A stretch of DNA of 63,668 bases, filler included, from Lenisia limosa (lineage: Eukaryota; Protista; Breviatea), in the NCBI GenBank assembly GCA_001655205.1. It is 8 parts of 8 records of this genome, joined end to end, with 100 filler letters (N's around TTAATTAATTAA, not from the genome) between each part and the next. Parts side by side here need not be neighbours in the genome. Positions count along the whole stretch, not along the records: positions 1 to 29,645 come from LPNZ01010644.1; 7 more parts are not named here. One strand, 5' to 3'. Each line of letters opens with the position of its first letter. Within the stretch, counting starts at the first letter, position 1. The notes beneath the pieces are model-generated. The model saw nothing but the letters and a program-made list of their open reading frames with translations. It made no database searches and was not told the DNA's origin. The translations under genes and the position numbers were made by a program. Shown in pieces: positions 1 through 13,100 of this stretch.

Positions 1-167
1 GTATTATTTAAGCTCCAATAAGGTGTATACTATTGTGTTTCTTGAGGTAATGGATATGGAAATAAGTTAAATAGACCATGGAAAGAAAAAGACTAAGAAA
101 AAGGGGAAAAGGTGCAACCCGGCTCAGCTCCAAAAAGCAACTAAGAGATAAGTGAAACTGTTCTTCT

Positions 168-3100
168 TTAGTTTTCAAGAATCAATACAATGAGTTTAAC
201 TGGCAAAACTATCAAGAAGACAAAAGAGCAACGCTCACCTCTTCCGTCGTTCATTCCAGCAGCTATAAAACGGGGGCCTAGAAGAGCTGTGTGTGACACG
301 TTGACTGGTGCTTGCAGGGTGGAGAGACTTAGTGGGGGGTTTTCGGGCTGGAGATGTCAGCAATGCTTCCCTCAAAATCTGATTGGCAGGAAGTCAGTAG
401 AACGCTTACATGATGCAGTGAGAGGGAGCAAGAGCCTTGGGAGAGAACCAGCAACTCTGATGAAGACACTATTTGCGGCGATGCCTGCACTGTAAAGAAA
501 AGAAAGATCTCTTTGGGTGACAAGTCATGTGGTTGCAATAAGTGATAGAATACGTGAGTTCTTTATCCGACCATTTGGTTTGGCTTTCTGCTCTTGGGAT
601 GGAATGCAAAGGGAGAGCTGTTCGACAGGACAGATGACGACTGCAGAGTGTCGGAAGGGACGGAGAATGAGAAGAGGTTGGCTCCGGACTCCCGAAGGGA
701 CCACGATGCTGGCCGGTTAGAATGAATCAAAAACAACAAAGGAAACGGCACTCAGACCAAAGTACTCAGACAAAAGTCCCACCCCCTCCCACCAAAGCTT
801 CCGTCTGCGGTGGCGGTGAAGACGACTGAGTCCTCCGAAACACTGAGAGAAGTAATGGGCGCGTTGGCCGTCACCCTCCACGACAGTATAACGGCCTTCG
901 AGGATGTGTCTGGAGGGAGGAGTGAGCCAAGAGGTGTAACGGATTTACACTCTCCTCCCCAGAAGTAAAATTGTGCTCCATTATAACCTCTTTAGTTTAG
1001 CAAGTCATTTTACCACCTGAGAAAGATTTTTGCATTAGCCTACCATAAACGCGAATCATGCCGTCAGAACACGCCGTAATGAGCTTTGATGACCTGAAAT
1101 GTCAGAAATGGAGGGCAATGGTGGATAAAGGTTGGGAGTGATACTAATTGTTGAAACTAAGAAGGCAACCCTAGGCCACCTCAGGTGCCCACCTTAAAAC
1201 GGCCTTGGTAAAGCATATCTGTGGTGGAGGCTTGATTTTTTTCTGAATCGGTGAAAAGGTAAGGAATAAAGAAGAAAGCAAAAGTACATTAATAATGCTG
1301 ATAAAAGAGCAAAGGCGTTTAAAAGCCAGTTAGGTAAAAATAAAAAGTCTGAAATGCCTTTTACTTGCTGGTCAGGCGATTTAAGGCATGCGATGAGCGT
1401 AACTCCCCCCCCCCCACGGCNNNNNNNNNNNNNNNNNNNNNNNNNNNNNNNNNNNNNNNNNNNNNNNNNNNNNNNNNNNNNNNNNNNNNNNNNNNNNNNN
1501 NNNNNNNNNNNNNNNNNNNNNNNNNNNNNNNNNNNNNNNNNNNNNNNNNNNNNNNNNNNNNNNNNNNNNNNNCAAAGCCTAGGCTAGTCGCTTCTGCAGT
1601 ACCGTATCCCATCACTCCAGCGTATGTAAAAGCAGAGATCAACAGTAGCCTAATATTGAAGTCATGCAAGATAAACATTCTGTTTCACCAGCCTCAATTC
1701 CTTACGCTCGGCTTTCTCCATGCCCTCCACTCACTTCGGATAGTCGGAGTCCACTGAAAACGATGACGCCTACAACGTGAGGGGTATTTTTATTTTTCGA
1801 AAAAACAAAAAGAAAACAAGGGAATCAAATCTGAAGAAATTGAATTGTTACAATCATCAAATGTCTCACCAAATAGAGACTTGAACACCCAACCCCCTGG
1901 TCACATTGGGCATACCTGAACTTTGGACGCACAATCCCACACTTTGACGGACTTCTCAGAAGTGGCACATAACAGCTGATAACAGGTAAGAACTGAGTAC
2001 GCGAGAACACTCTCAACATCCACTCACACTGAGTGACTATTCATTTCACCATACTTCCAAAATAGTAGTATTTGATATTAAAAGGCCACGTTTCCCATAG
2101 AGAGACATACTACAGGACTATATCATATTATATGTATGATATGTAATATGTTAAGACTATATGGTATAATACACCCTAGGGGCACATCCTCACCAAATGC
2201 GGTGACCTCGGCATCCATGACAAGTCCACGACTGGGTTAGAGAGATGCAGTGTCGCCTCAGGGGCAAGGGCCACGTCATCATCCGGAGACCAAATACTAC
2301 AAGGTAAAACACATGTTTCCTTTGGTAGTGTCAAGATAAACAAAAAAAGTTTTATCAGAGAAAAGTGGGCATCCTCTCACCAAACGCTCTTATCAAGTGA
2401 ACTTGATGCCACTCTGGCGGCGAAAGGATCCACTACGACGGCAGTCACGGGCTGAGAATGCCGTTCAAAGACCCTCTACAGCGTCGTTACAAAGAGTCAA
2501 GATGGATGTTGTTTTGGGAAATAAAGCCAAAGGTCAAAACAAATCTTGTCTTTTATCAACAACAAAGTATCCTGAAAACCCAACCAGTTGAAGAGAGTCC
2601 GCGACGTCATGTGATGGTGTTAGCGCCTCCTCACTCGAAAGCGGCGTTCTTTATTGTTAGAGCTTCACAAGAAGGCAGTGAATGCTAATGGTCAGGATAC
2701 ATTCCTTCCTGAAGTGGTGAAGGCTTTACAGTGGTAACTTAAGGGATATATTTCCCTGTATAAGAACAATGCTGTTTCACCTCAGCAACTCACGGTACAC
2801 CCCAATTCCAACTCACGGTACATATTGGTTTTTGAGGTCACGTAACTCCTGCTGTAAAATGGCATTGTCTCTTCTCAAGTCCTCCACTTGATGCCTAACA
2901 ATTAAAAAAGGACAACTATTTGGTGGGACTGAAGATTGATGCTGTTCATACATGAAATGGGAATTGTCATTGCGCAGAATAGCAAGTTCTTGTGACATTT
3001 GCTTTGTACGATTTCGTTCAACTTGAAAAGCCATAATTCGTGGTGTAGCTGGAGGGAAGGTGAAAAATTAGAACACAATATCAAAACAAACACCAAGATG

Positions 3101-4420
3101 TTAAATTTATTGACAAACACAAAAAGAATATAATAATAAAAAAAAGGGGGGATGGGGGGCAAAGATCGACATTGAGTCCGGCATACGTGTGGCGGCAAAA
3201 ACAGTTGCTAGGAAGTTGTGGAGGGAGAGAAGAAAGAAATCATGCCAGGCCTTGCAAAAGTATCTAAACCGTCAAAAAAAAAACAATATGATAACCCTTT
3301 GCATACAAATTGTTCGTAAACTCAAGTCAACAATGAATGATACAAAATTTTTCTTAACAAACCCCCAAACTCTTGGAAAAGGGGGTCGTTTTGAGGATTG
3401 CTCACAAAGGGTAACGCTACATTGTTAACCACCATAGAAGTGTAAAACACAGCAAGCATTATCAAGAGATATGGGTCAGGGTTTTTTTTAAGGTTTTACA
3501 CACTTCTCCCAGGATTACTCGCTTGAACGCAATACATCCCACCCACAGAACCAGTGGTGCCATTCTGGTGAGGTGTGCGCCAGTTGGCCACCCACCAGTC
3601 GGAAAAAGTCCAACACCACGTCTGGTTTGTCTGAGATATGAGGTTTCATACACTTCCAATTAAAGAAAATGACAACACAACATTTCTGGCACGACAGTGA
3701 CACTATTTCCCCCCCCAAATATTAGCCTTTAAGCTTTCTCCCACAAGCCCAAATACTTTCCTTCATTGCGGACACGATGTAGAACTTCCAGAGTTCTGTT
3801 TCCAGTCGTTCCACTGGGCCCATGAATTCTTCCGCCAGTCTGACGTGTAAATCCTCAACAAACACGGCTACAAAAAACAATTGTTCCCATGAAATGATTC
3901 TGCCATCCACTTGTTTCTATTCTTAGTCCCCACGATACCGTCGACAAAAAAGCCAATCAACTACCCATATTTCCCGGCTATTATTTAGACCATCAAAAGC
4001 CCTAGCCAATGAGCCAAAATAAAACCGGATATTTTGGAGTTAGTAGTATTGCTCCCTCACCTTGAAAAGCAAACATCACAAAGAAACAACCATAGATCCC
4101 TGAAATTGTGAAACCAAACCCAAAGCGTTAAGCACAGAATCCAACCTTAGTCCAATTGCATCATGTGTTAAAACGTGCTCTAAAATGCTTTCAACAAGCT
4201 CATCAGCCTGATGGGTTAAATACTCATCAAAAAGGGAGAGGGAAACCCTTACCTTATACTGCCTCAACGGATCACTATTAATATCTTCATTAAAGGCTTT
4301 TAGTGCCTAAATGGGAATGAGAAGGCAGCTCAAAAAGATAAAACGTACTTTAGTGAAACCTCGGGATAGTAAATACTCTTTGACAAGAATGTCTGCCGCT
4401 AATATATTGTCCGCTTCCAT
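168..4420 (-). CDS. WDR91: WD repeat-containing protein 91 (WDR91/SORF-2-like), multi-exon
   Basis: Spliced exons give N-terminal MEADNILAADILVKEYLLSRGFTK (WDR91 ELVREYLLFRGFT), RLETELWKFYIV, VVLDFFRLVGGQLAHTSPEWHHWF and a coiled coil (2813-3034). WD40 repeats follow (HSQPVTAVVVDPFAARVASSSLDKSVCIWS; LCATSEKSVKVWD; LITACSDGMIRVY), ending GRVKLIVLILEN* at 168-170. One N gap (1421-1572) lies inside. Confidence 0.85.
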
Positions 4421-4629
4421 ATTAGCTTACAATATATGCTTTTTTGAGGATTTCTTCTCCCACACACATATGTAGAAGATCACCAAGATCTATTGTTTTT
4501 GATTGTTTGCTTGTTTTCAGGTGGTTTTTGTCGGATTTTTGTTTGTGGTTTTCTTGGACATTTATAAACATATATAAAGTGTATTTAAAACTTTAAAGAG
4601 GAGAATACTCAAAATATAATTTAGTGAAG
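4421..4629. promoter_or_regulatory. Short bidirectional promoter region between WDR91 and PEX19
   Basis: 209 bp separate the two divergent start codons (4420 minus, 4630 plus). Function is inferred from position only. Confidence 0.45.
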
Positions 4630-6361
4630 ATGACTAGTGACGATATTGACTTTGATGACCTTCTAGACAGTAAGATTTCCTGATATGAGTATGAATCACA
4701 CTTAATTTTAATTTAGGCGCGCTTGCCGACTTTGATATCAAAGATAAAGCAGCTTTGAAGCAAGCTACTGAGCCACTTATTCCTAAAAAGGAGCACGAGA
4801 CGACTGGAGATGTAGATTTAGATGACGCACTCAATGATTTTGGTACAGCAGCTAAACTAAGTATGCAACCGGTCTCTCCTTTGCCAGTGTTTTTCACATT
4901 TGAAGTATAATGAAGTTTTAAGCCACTAATTGTCACAGGAAACACTTCCCCCGATGTGTTGATGGAGAAGTTGAAGAAGTCAATGGAAGACCTTGCAACC
5001 TCCACAGACGCAGCTGCTGGAATGAATGGAGAGGTTTGTTGGGTAATTTGGACCTATTAAGGAGATGTGTATAATATTTGGCTTGGCTTCATCCCCGCTT
5101 CTTCTGGCTTTGTTGTCTCACTCATTCTTCCCCTCACCATCAGGCCTTAAACACCCTCTTGGGAGATTTTGAAAACTTGGAGGAGAACCCCATGTTCAAC
5201 AATATGGTGGACAGTATGAGGGATGGAGAGGGCTATTTGTGGCATCAGGTTGCACATAGCAGTTTGATTATGTGTGAGTTTGATGAATAATTGTGTGATG
5301 GAAAATTATTCGGGTAGTTTTATATTTAAATGTCGCTTTTTGTTGAGTTACGCTTCTGTTCTCATCATAGGTGGAGATAGTGTTGTGTATTATTATTCCC
5401 AGACTTTATGAACACTCTTCTGGGCAAGGAAGTTTTCTACCCCCCGATGGCTAAACTTTTTGAAGAGGTGGGATCCCGGTGTAGTATTCGTTTGAAACAC
5501 CTCGCTGTAGTTTATTGAAATGAAGTTGTGTATTGCTCCATTCACGTTCAGAATTTACAAATGCTAGAAATGTCTTCGAGCTTTTTGTTTTATAACATAG
5601 TACCCAAAGTACCTTGAGGAGAAAGGTGACAAATTAACAGAAGAAGAACAGAAAGAGTATGGGGACCCGGTATTTCTGCTCAGACAATTTATATGATAGT
5701 ATCTGATATATCATAGTTAGGTCTTCCCTTCGTCCGAAGAAAGACTGATTTTCTCGAAAAATCCTTTTTCGGACAGTAGGGATGCCCTAATCTTAGTATA
5801 TCAGATAATATTTTTGAAAAAGATGGTACTATTTTGTAAGCGCCATTTTGTTGTAGGAACTGGTAATAAATGGTGTGATAATGTAGCACTCAACTGAAAT
5901 GAGAAATTTGAAAAACCTTAACTGAAGGGACACGTGGAATGACTCTATGTAGTATCAAGGAACAGATTGACATTTTGAGCAAGATGCTTGTAATCTACGA
6001 GGGAGTCAAGGACGGAGAGGACTTGACCAAGAAGCAGAGTGACGTTGTCTCAGAACTCCTTGAAAACGTTGGCCTTGGGTATAAAGTTTCTGGATCCTAT
6101 TTGGCTAGTGTTTTCACTATCACTTGTAATAGGGTGGCTTCAACACATCCCTTTTATCGCACAATATTAGAACTAGTCAAATTGGGTGCTCACTGCTTTT
6201 GCCAACTCTTGACTTTTAGATGCATTCACCTCCCCAAGAACTTGCGAAGAAAATTGGTGATCTTGGAATTTTGGGTGAGTGATGGATTTCTACAATCATT
6301 ATGTATGAGTTCAATTCCACAATTTGTTCCTAAACTCACCAATCAAGGTGCCCACATGTAA
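4630..6361 (+). CDS. PEX19: Peroxisomal biogenesis factor 19, multi-exon
   Basis: MTSDDIDFDDLLDS|ALADFD matches the Pex3-binding motif (LEELLESALDDF). DFMNTLLGKEVFYPPMAKLFEE|YPKYLEEKGDKL and HSPPQELAKKI match the Pex19 C-terminal domain. Best terminal exon ends LGILGAHM* (TAA 6359-6361). Confidence 0.85.
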
Positions 6362-6498
6362 CTGTTTCTCTCTTTGTCCTGCATTTTTTGCTAATATACA
6401 TTGTGTGAATGTATATATTCCTTTTTGTTTCCATCATTTGAGGTTCTCATTGTCAATAGAGTCAATGTTTATTTGACAGGCAATACAATGAAAAACAT

Positions 6499-9400
6499 TT
6501 AGCGGGAACGGGTGACCTTACTGACTTGGCCGAGATCCATGGCACCAAAAATGAGAACCGTCATACCCAGTTCAGTATAGAGGGTCATTTCTTGATAATT
6601 GAGACTTTGAAAGACAGCACAAACCTCCTTTTGTCGAGACCCACTCGTCACCATTACGGGGTACTTGCATGTTGTTAACTTGACCTTCACCAGACCATAG
6701 CAAGCCTAAGGATGTCATATTCCAGGGAATTGGAAATGCCATAGTTTTTGGGAAATTCGTCATATTTTTTTCAAAACGACCATATTTTCAAATAAACATC
6801 ATATTTTATGCTAATATTGAACCCTTTCCGAGACAAGGGGGGCAGGGGGGTAAAAAGGGAGGGGAAAGAAAGGAAACTTTGGTGACACGTCATTGGAATG
6901 TCGACAATATGCGGTTGTATTAATATTAACTTATTATGTGCTATGTACTACATATATGTTACTTCAGCAAACATGCAGAAGTGTTGGCGACGTGTACAGT
7001 GACAGTTGCACCCGCAGCCATGATAACCTCCTCAAGTTGGAAGCAAGGCTAAGTTGTAAGTCGGATCCTGTAATACATCGATGCTACCTACATGGAATAT
7101 TGAAGCCCTCCTGAGGAACTTATCTGACGAATCAATCAATTTCGCTTTTGTGGTCAAATGGTTTTGCGCAAAGCTGGAATCTGAAGAACTGAACTGGTCA
7201 GACGCGAGGAGGTGAAAAGGCCAAATAAGTGACATACTATATACTACATATGGATGAATGTTTTGTTTCATAGCTAAGAACATACCTAATAGCCCGCTTG
7301 TGCACCATATTTTCACCTTTCAATTTTTTAAAATGTCGTAATTGTTTTGATCGAAATCAAAGTTCCAGAGTCTTCTGAAACGGAAGAAAATGTGATTCAG
7401 AAATTGTCAAGAATTGAAATTTTAAATTTGAAAACTTGCGTGTCAACTGTCAGTAAAAATTTGACTTGTAAAGTGTTGATATGATATGTATCTCATCCTT
7501 TTCTCTCATTAAACCCCCTTACAGAGTGTAATCAAGACACTGTTCGATCCATTCGTCATGGTCGGTCAGTCCCCCTCTGAGATGCTGGTCTTTGACAATG
7601 GTAGTGTCGTTGGTTGGGACCGTCTCCCCCATTCTCCATGACGCAAGCGCAAAGTCATCTTGTGGCCTGTACAAGGGGTAATTTTTGTTGAAGAATAATA
7701 CCATAATTAAAAATAACTCATAAAAATAACACATGATAAAAATAAATAAAAAATTACGTCCAAAAAGGCAGGTGAATAAACGTACAGCTGAACTTCAACA
7801 GTCAGTGTTGGGCCCTGTGCGATTAGAAGGAAACAAAACTTGGGAGCCTACAGGAGCATGGATGACCTTCGGTGGTATCAACCACGCATGTCCGGGCTTG
7901 ACATCGTAGGACTGTAGCAGGGTGTAGCATTTGTCATCCTTACCAAAATGCCCCAAGGCCTGAAACTGTCAAAACTGACAAAATCCAAAGAACCAATCCA
8001 ATCTGAATTACCCTATTAACCTCTTTGACTTGGTCTTTGGACACCCCTGGGTTGAGCCCTATACGCGTTTTGCAAAGTGTGACTTGCGGGAGATCTGAAG
8101 ATCAGCAAAAATGTTATCATTAACACCTGTAATCTGATACCCCTGAATGCAACTCTGTTGGCTCTGAATCATGAACCCTATTGTTAAGAACTGAGATGGC
8201 CCCCTACCATAAGGATCTTGGGTATTGTCTGCCTATGACCGTTAACAAATCTAGGAAGAAAGTAACAAACCATAAAATCTCTTTCTGGTGCCAGAAGGGG
8301 AAAGTAGTAGGCTTCCAACTTGCCAACACCGCTGGTTTTACCATTGGAAATTTTTCCCTAAACATTAACCAGACGAGGCATCAGTGGACAAACCGGGTGG
8401 ACATGGCATGGGATAGGGGGCACCTCTTGCGCAGCCCCCTCAATATTCGGGGTCACGGGGTTGCCCTAAAAATTACAATATTTACGAATTTGGAATGTAT
8501 CAAGGAAGTGCTATAAATACCATAGCCACCCACTCCAATATAAAGGATATAAATACCACAGCCCCCACCCCAATATCAAGGATTTTGATGAGCGGCCAGG
8601 ATCCATCAACTGGAAGCACCTGTACTGTTATTTCAAGGGAGGCGGTAGAGATGTACGTTCATCTTTTGAAACAAGGGGCTGGATCCACATATTGAGGGCA
8701 TACCTTCAGCTCTTCTACGGGCATTCCAGTTGTCTAAAAATGGTAAAAATAACGGTTGGGCTCGGATTGAGGTAAAATGATGTACCTTTTCGCATGAAAT
8801 GCCTTCGTTGTCCTTCATGACCCCGTTTTCAGCTTGAACAGTGCTACAAATCCATCGTTCTTGGAAATTAGAGGAAATCATATGTGCAGGTCTTGTTATT
8901 ATTTCTTTCGTTCTAATTAATTTACATTATATTAATAAAACTCAGACGATATATGATATGTACATTACGCATCATAAGAAATACACCTGTCATCAACATA
9001 TTCGGCAAATATAGCAGCAGTGGAAAACCATATGTACTTCAAGAAATAACCCTTTTCATACCTACAGCAAGGTAACCTCTACTGTCTTTTTGGCTCCCTT
9101 GAGACCCTGCTATATGAGGAGCTTTATATGTAAACACATGTGGCTTGGGAGAATGTTTGTGCACTAGTCACAGTTTTAAAAATGAATGGGCTGTTGACGA
9201 ATATAAAAACACAGTGAAGATTTTATTTACCGTTTAAGCAGTTCATGTTATCACCTCGTAACGGATTAAACCGCAAATTAGTACTGTGCCATTGTGCCCA
9301 GTAGAGTAGAACACCAGAGCCTTATTCAATTGATATATTCACCTGTACTGACCAACCATCATTTTCAGCCAGTATGTTTCTGCCAGAGTACTGGGGTCTC

Positions 9401-9839
9401 CATACCTAAATAAAATGGGAGTTAACCTGTTCAAACTGTATAGACGAGGAGTATAAATATCGATGGTTTTGTGAAGAGGAAAATGATACGCATTCTTTTA
9501 ACATTCCTGTTAAGACTCCNNNNNNNNNNNNNNNNNNNNNNNNNNNNNNNNNNNNNNNNNNNNNNNNNNNNNNNNNNNNNNNNNNNNNNNNNNNNNNNNN
9601 NNNNNNNNNNNNNNNNNNNNNNNNNNNNNNNNNNNNNNNNNNNNNNNNNNTGAAGTTTGGTTTGCTGAGTGTTGATAGAGTTTTGAATTGTTTGGTTGTC
9701 TCTTAAAGACGTAAAATATATATTCAAAAAATAATTACAACAATATCAAAAGAAAGAACAAAAAACAAAAAACAGGGCATACAAGGAGAAGCGGGACGGA
9801 GGCAGGAGGGTCTAGTTTGCAGTTAAGTTCTGAAGTCAT
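6499..9839 (-). CDS. Mannose-6-phosphate-isomerase-like cupin protein (bacterial-type family), multi-exon; 5' end uncertain
   Basis: Exons read RGYLAVERWICSTVQAEN, VPPIPCHVHP, GVGKLEAYYFP, TRIGLNPG, YDVKPGHAWLIPPKVIHAPGPTLTVEVQ and FQLEEVIMAAGATVTVH. These follow the motif order of the PMI class I-like cupin family (ERW..ST, P.P.H.H, K.EAYYFP, PG..W..PP..HAPG...E.Q). Core about 6499-9110; upstream exons to about 9839 are tentative and cross an N gap. Confidence 0.7.
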
Positions 9840-10191
9840 TTGCTTGCTAGGATCTAGGGTGGTTTACTTTGTGCCTCTGTTCCCCTTATCTCCTCTACAG
9901 CTATCCATCTATCCATCCCATCACTCTTAAGAATTCTACAAACAGTAATCCCCCCCCCCCCCNNNNNNNNNNNNNNNNNNNNNNNNNNNNNNNNNNNNNN
10001 NNNNNNNNNNNNNNNNNNNNNNNNNNNNNNNNNNNNNNNNNNNNNNNNNNNNNNNNNNNNNNNNNNNNNNNNNNNNNNNNNNNNNNNNNNNNNNNNNNNN
10101 NNNNNNNNNNNNNTCAAAAAAAAACAAAAATACCAATAATAAGATCAAGCCACCTCAAAACATGAACATTCAAAAAGTTAAAAAGTTTCAT

Positions 10192-13100
10192 CTAGGCCTT
10201 TGAAGTCGTAAAAGGCAAGTACAAATTGTCCATAACACCCGGGCCTAAAGAGTCAAAGAAATCCAGAATGCAACCATTATGCAATTCAGTGATGTTGTAA
10301 AAAAATAAATAAAAAAAAATAGCATGTCTGGGAAGAACAACAGCATTCCCAAACATACTCAACACTTGTTCTCTCATGAACTCGTCGTCGCTCACAGCTA
10401 AATCGTGACAAGATGACACAATTGAACCAAAAGACCCCCCCCCCCGAGNNNNNNNNNNNNNNNNNNNNNNNNNNNNNNNNNNNNNNNNNNNNNNNNNNNN
10501 NNNNNNNNNNNNNNNNNNNNNNNNNNNNNNNNNNNNNNNNNNNNNNNNNNNNNNNNNNNNNNNNNNNNNNNNNNNNNNNNNNNNNNNNNNNNNNNNNNNN
10601 NNNNNNNNNNNNNNNNNNNNNNNNNNNNNNNNNNNNNNNNNNNNNNNNNNNGATTTTTGGATGCAAGTCCAGAGGCTACTCTCACGACATCATCAATGGC
10701 AATGAACTTCTCCGATACCACTGGCTTGTCTTTCGGTTTACGCCACATAATCTGAAGCAATGAGGCGGGAACAAAGGACCCCCGCTAAACAGCTTGACCC
10801 ATGTGTTGCGCTTAACTTATAATAGGGAAAATCAGTTGATAATAAGCAAGAATGAAGTTCTACTAGTGGCCAATGCGCCCCGATGCTGACCTTGCCTGCC
10901 GCCTGTTTGACAGAGAAGGAGTGAGGCGGCTTCTCGAAATGGACCCACACGTGCCTGGGCTTACGGCTGCCTGAGTTGACCTGGGGGAGTAAAATTGAAA
11001 CCTGGGGGAGTAAAAATGAAAAATTTATGAAACAAAAAAAAGAGACAAAAATTGACAATCAATGAAACAAAAAAAAACCCAAAATCAACTTGGTTGGCTA
11101 GCCATTTTANNNNNNNNNNNNNNNNNNNNNNNNNNNNNNNNNNNNNNNNNNNNNNNNNNNNNNNNNNNNNNNNNNNNNNNNNNNNNNNNNNNAAAAACAG
11201 TTGTGTTGGTTGCTACGGTGCCAATTTCGCTTTCAAATAAAGAAAAAAGGCCACCCATTACTGCAAAAAAAAAAGAGATAATACCTTTGTTAACACCATG
11301 CCGTCCTTGAGAAGATTCCAGGCGTCCCGAAGGACAATGAAACGCTTCTTTTCCCTCTCGGACACCTCATCAATGAGGTTGTTGGCGTTCTTGCTGCACT
11401 AGTCAGTTCTTTTCTTCAAAGGTTGATGTTTTTCATAAAATATGATTAGGAATCCAATTTGACCAAACGAAGTGCGACGCTTGATAAATCCTTCAGGGCT
11501 ATCGACATCCCCCCAACGTGTCAAGGATGAGGTTCTGTGCAGTGGCTTTACTTTGCTGGATTTCCAAGGAGTTTAGAATGGCTGGGAGCGGGTCTGGGAG
11601 CTCCTAAGATGTCAAATTTGGCAGGGGAAAAAAAAAAGGGGGGGGGGATGATGTTGATCTGACCATTCCATACACAGTATGCATTTCTATAACCTTGCAA
11701 TTATTTCCCCCTTCAAAGTATAACAGCTCCGATGAGAACCATCACCCACAACGTCGCCACGACAGCGTATCAGGAAGGCAGTCAAAAGGCCGAACTACAG
11801 AGTGAGGCCTTCAATTCGGGATATAACGAACGTGGAAATGAGAAGAGCTTTGTGTAAACTAATCGATTAAGATGATTTTTCATAGTCACCCTCCAACCTC
11901 ATAGTCAAGATCCACGATAGATGAGGCACTTGGCGGAGTTTCACCTTCAACAGTCTAAAGGGTCAGACTACAGAATGTTGGAATATTGAGCGGCAGGTTT
12001 TAGATACGGGGCAAGAAATAAGACGAAAAACATTGTTTGTTTTCCCGAATCCAGAAGAGTCCCCTGGGTTGTTTCAGCCGCCATACGTAAGCCTTGGCCA
12101 AGAATTCCTTCATTNNNNNNNNNNNNNNNNNNNNNNNNNNNNNNNNNNNNNNNNNNNNNNNNNNNNNNNNNNNNNNNNNNNNNNNNNNNNNNNNNNNNNN
12201 NNNNNNNNNNNNNNNNNNNNNNNNNNNNNNNNNNNNNNNNNNNNNNNNNNNNNNNNNNNNNNNNNNNNNNNGATGTTTGGACTATCGTAACTTTTTTTGA
12301 GTGACGAGATATCATGCCGACACCTGAGCTATGCTTTGGTTTGCTTATATTATGTTTTCAAATTGTAGTGTTGATATACAAACAATCGTCATCATGAATG
12401 AAAAATACAGTGAATGTGAAGAGCGTACCGAACTCAGCGAGATTGGCCAGGTTCTGGATAGACTTGGAGAGAAGGGTGAGGGTTCGTGCTTGCTCAGGAG
12501 ATGGGTGGTCTGAAATGTGGTCAACGAAGCAACGGAGAAAGCGGTGCTCCAGTCAAGGATTATCATCGCATATAGTGTAGCATGTATAATACATATAATA
12601 TAGCCCACCATTTGCAAGGGAGAAGAGCTTCGGGCCTAAGATGGCAGCTCCGAAGAATCTAGAACAATCAAAAGGTAAATTAGTGAAATAAGAAAGGAAA
12701 ATGGAGGAGGTGGGGGGAAGACCAAATTATGAAGGTAAATGCAGATCGATGAAAGGTAACTCCAGTTTCATTCTTGCACCATTTTTCTTTCCTCAAAAAC
12801 ACTTCATACAGACGGAAATAGTCCTATTTCAAGAAGACCCCCCCCCCCCCCNNNNNNNNNNNNNNNNNNNNNNNNNNNNNNNNNNNNNNNNNNNNNNNNN
12901 NNNNNNNNNNNNNNNNNNNNNNNNNNNNNNNNNNNNNNNNNNNNNNNNNNNNNNNNNNNNNNNNNNNNNNNNNNNNNNNNNNNNNNNNNNNNNNNNNNNN
13001 NNNNNNNNNNNNNNNNNNTCCAGGCCCTGAACTGTGAGAAATGCATAAATAGTGGTAGTATATCTGGGGGATTGATATTCAAAGCCACTCTTCATTCAAA

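Noticed and set aside
5939-6361. 140-aa ORF as a separate gene
   Set aside because: It is chance read-through of PEX19 exons and introns.
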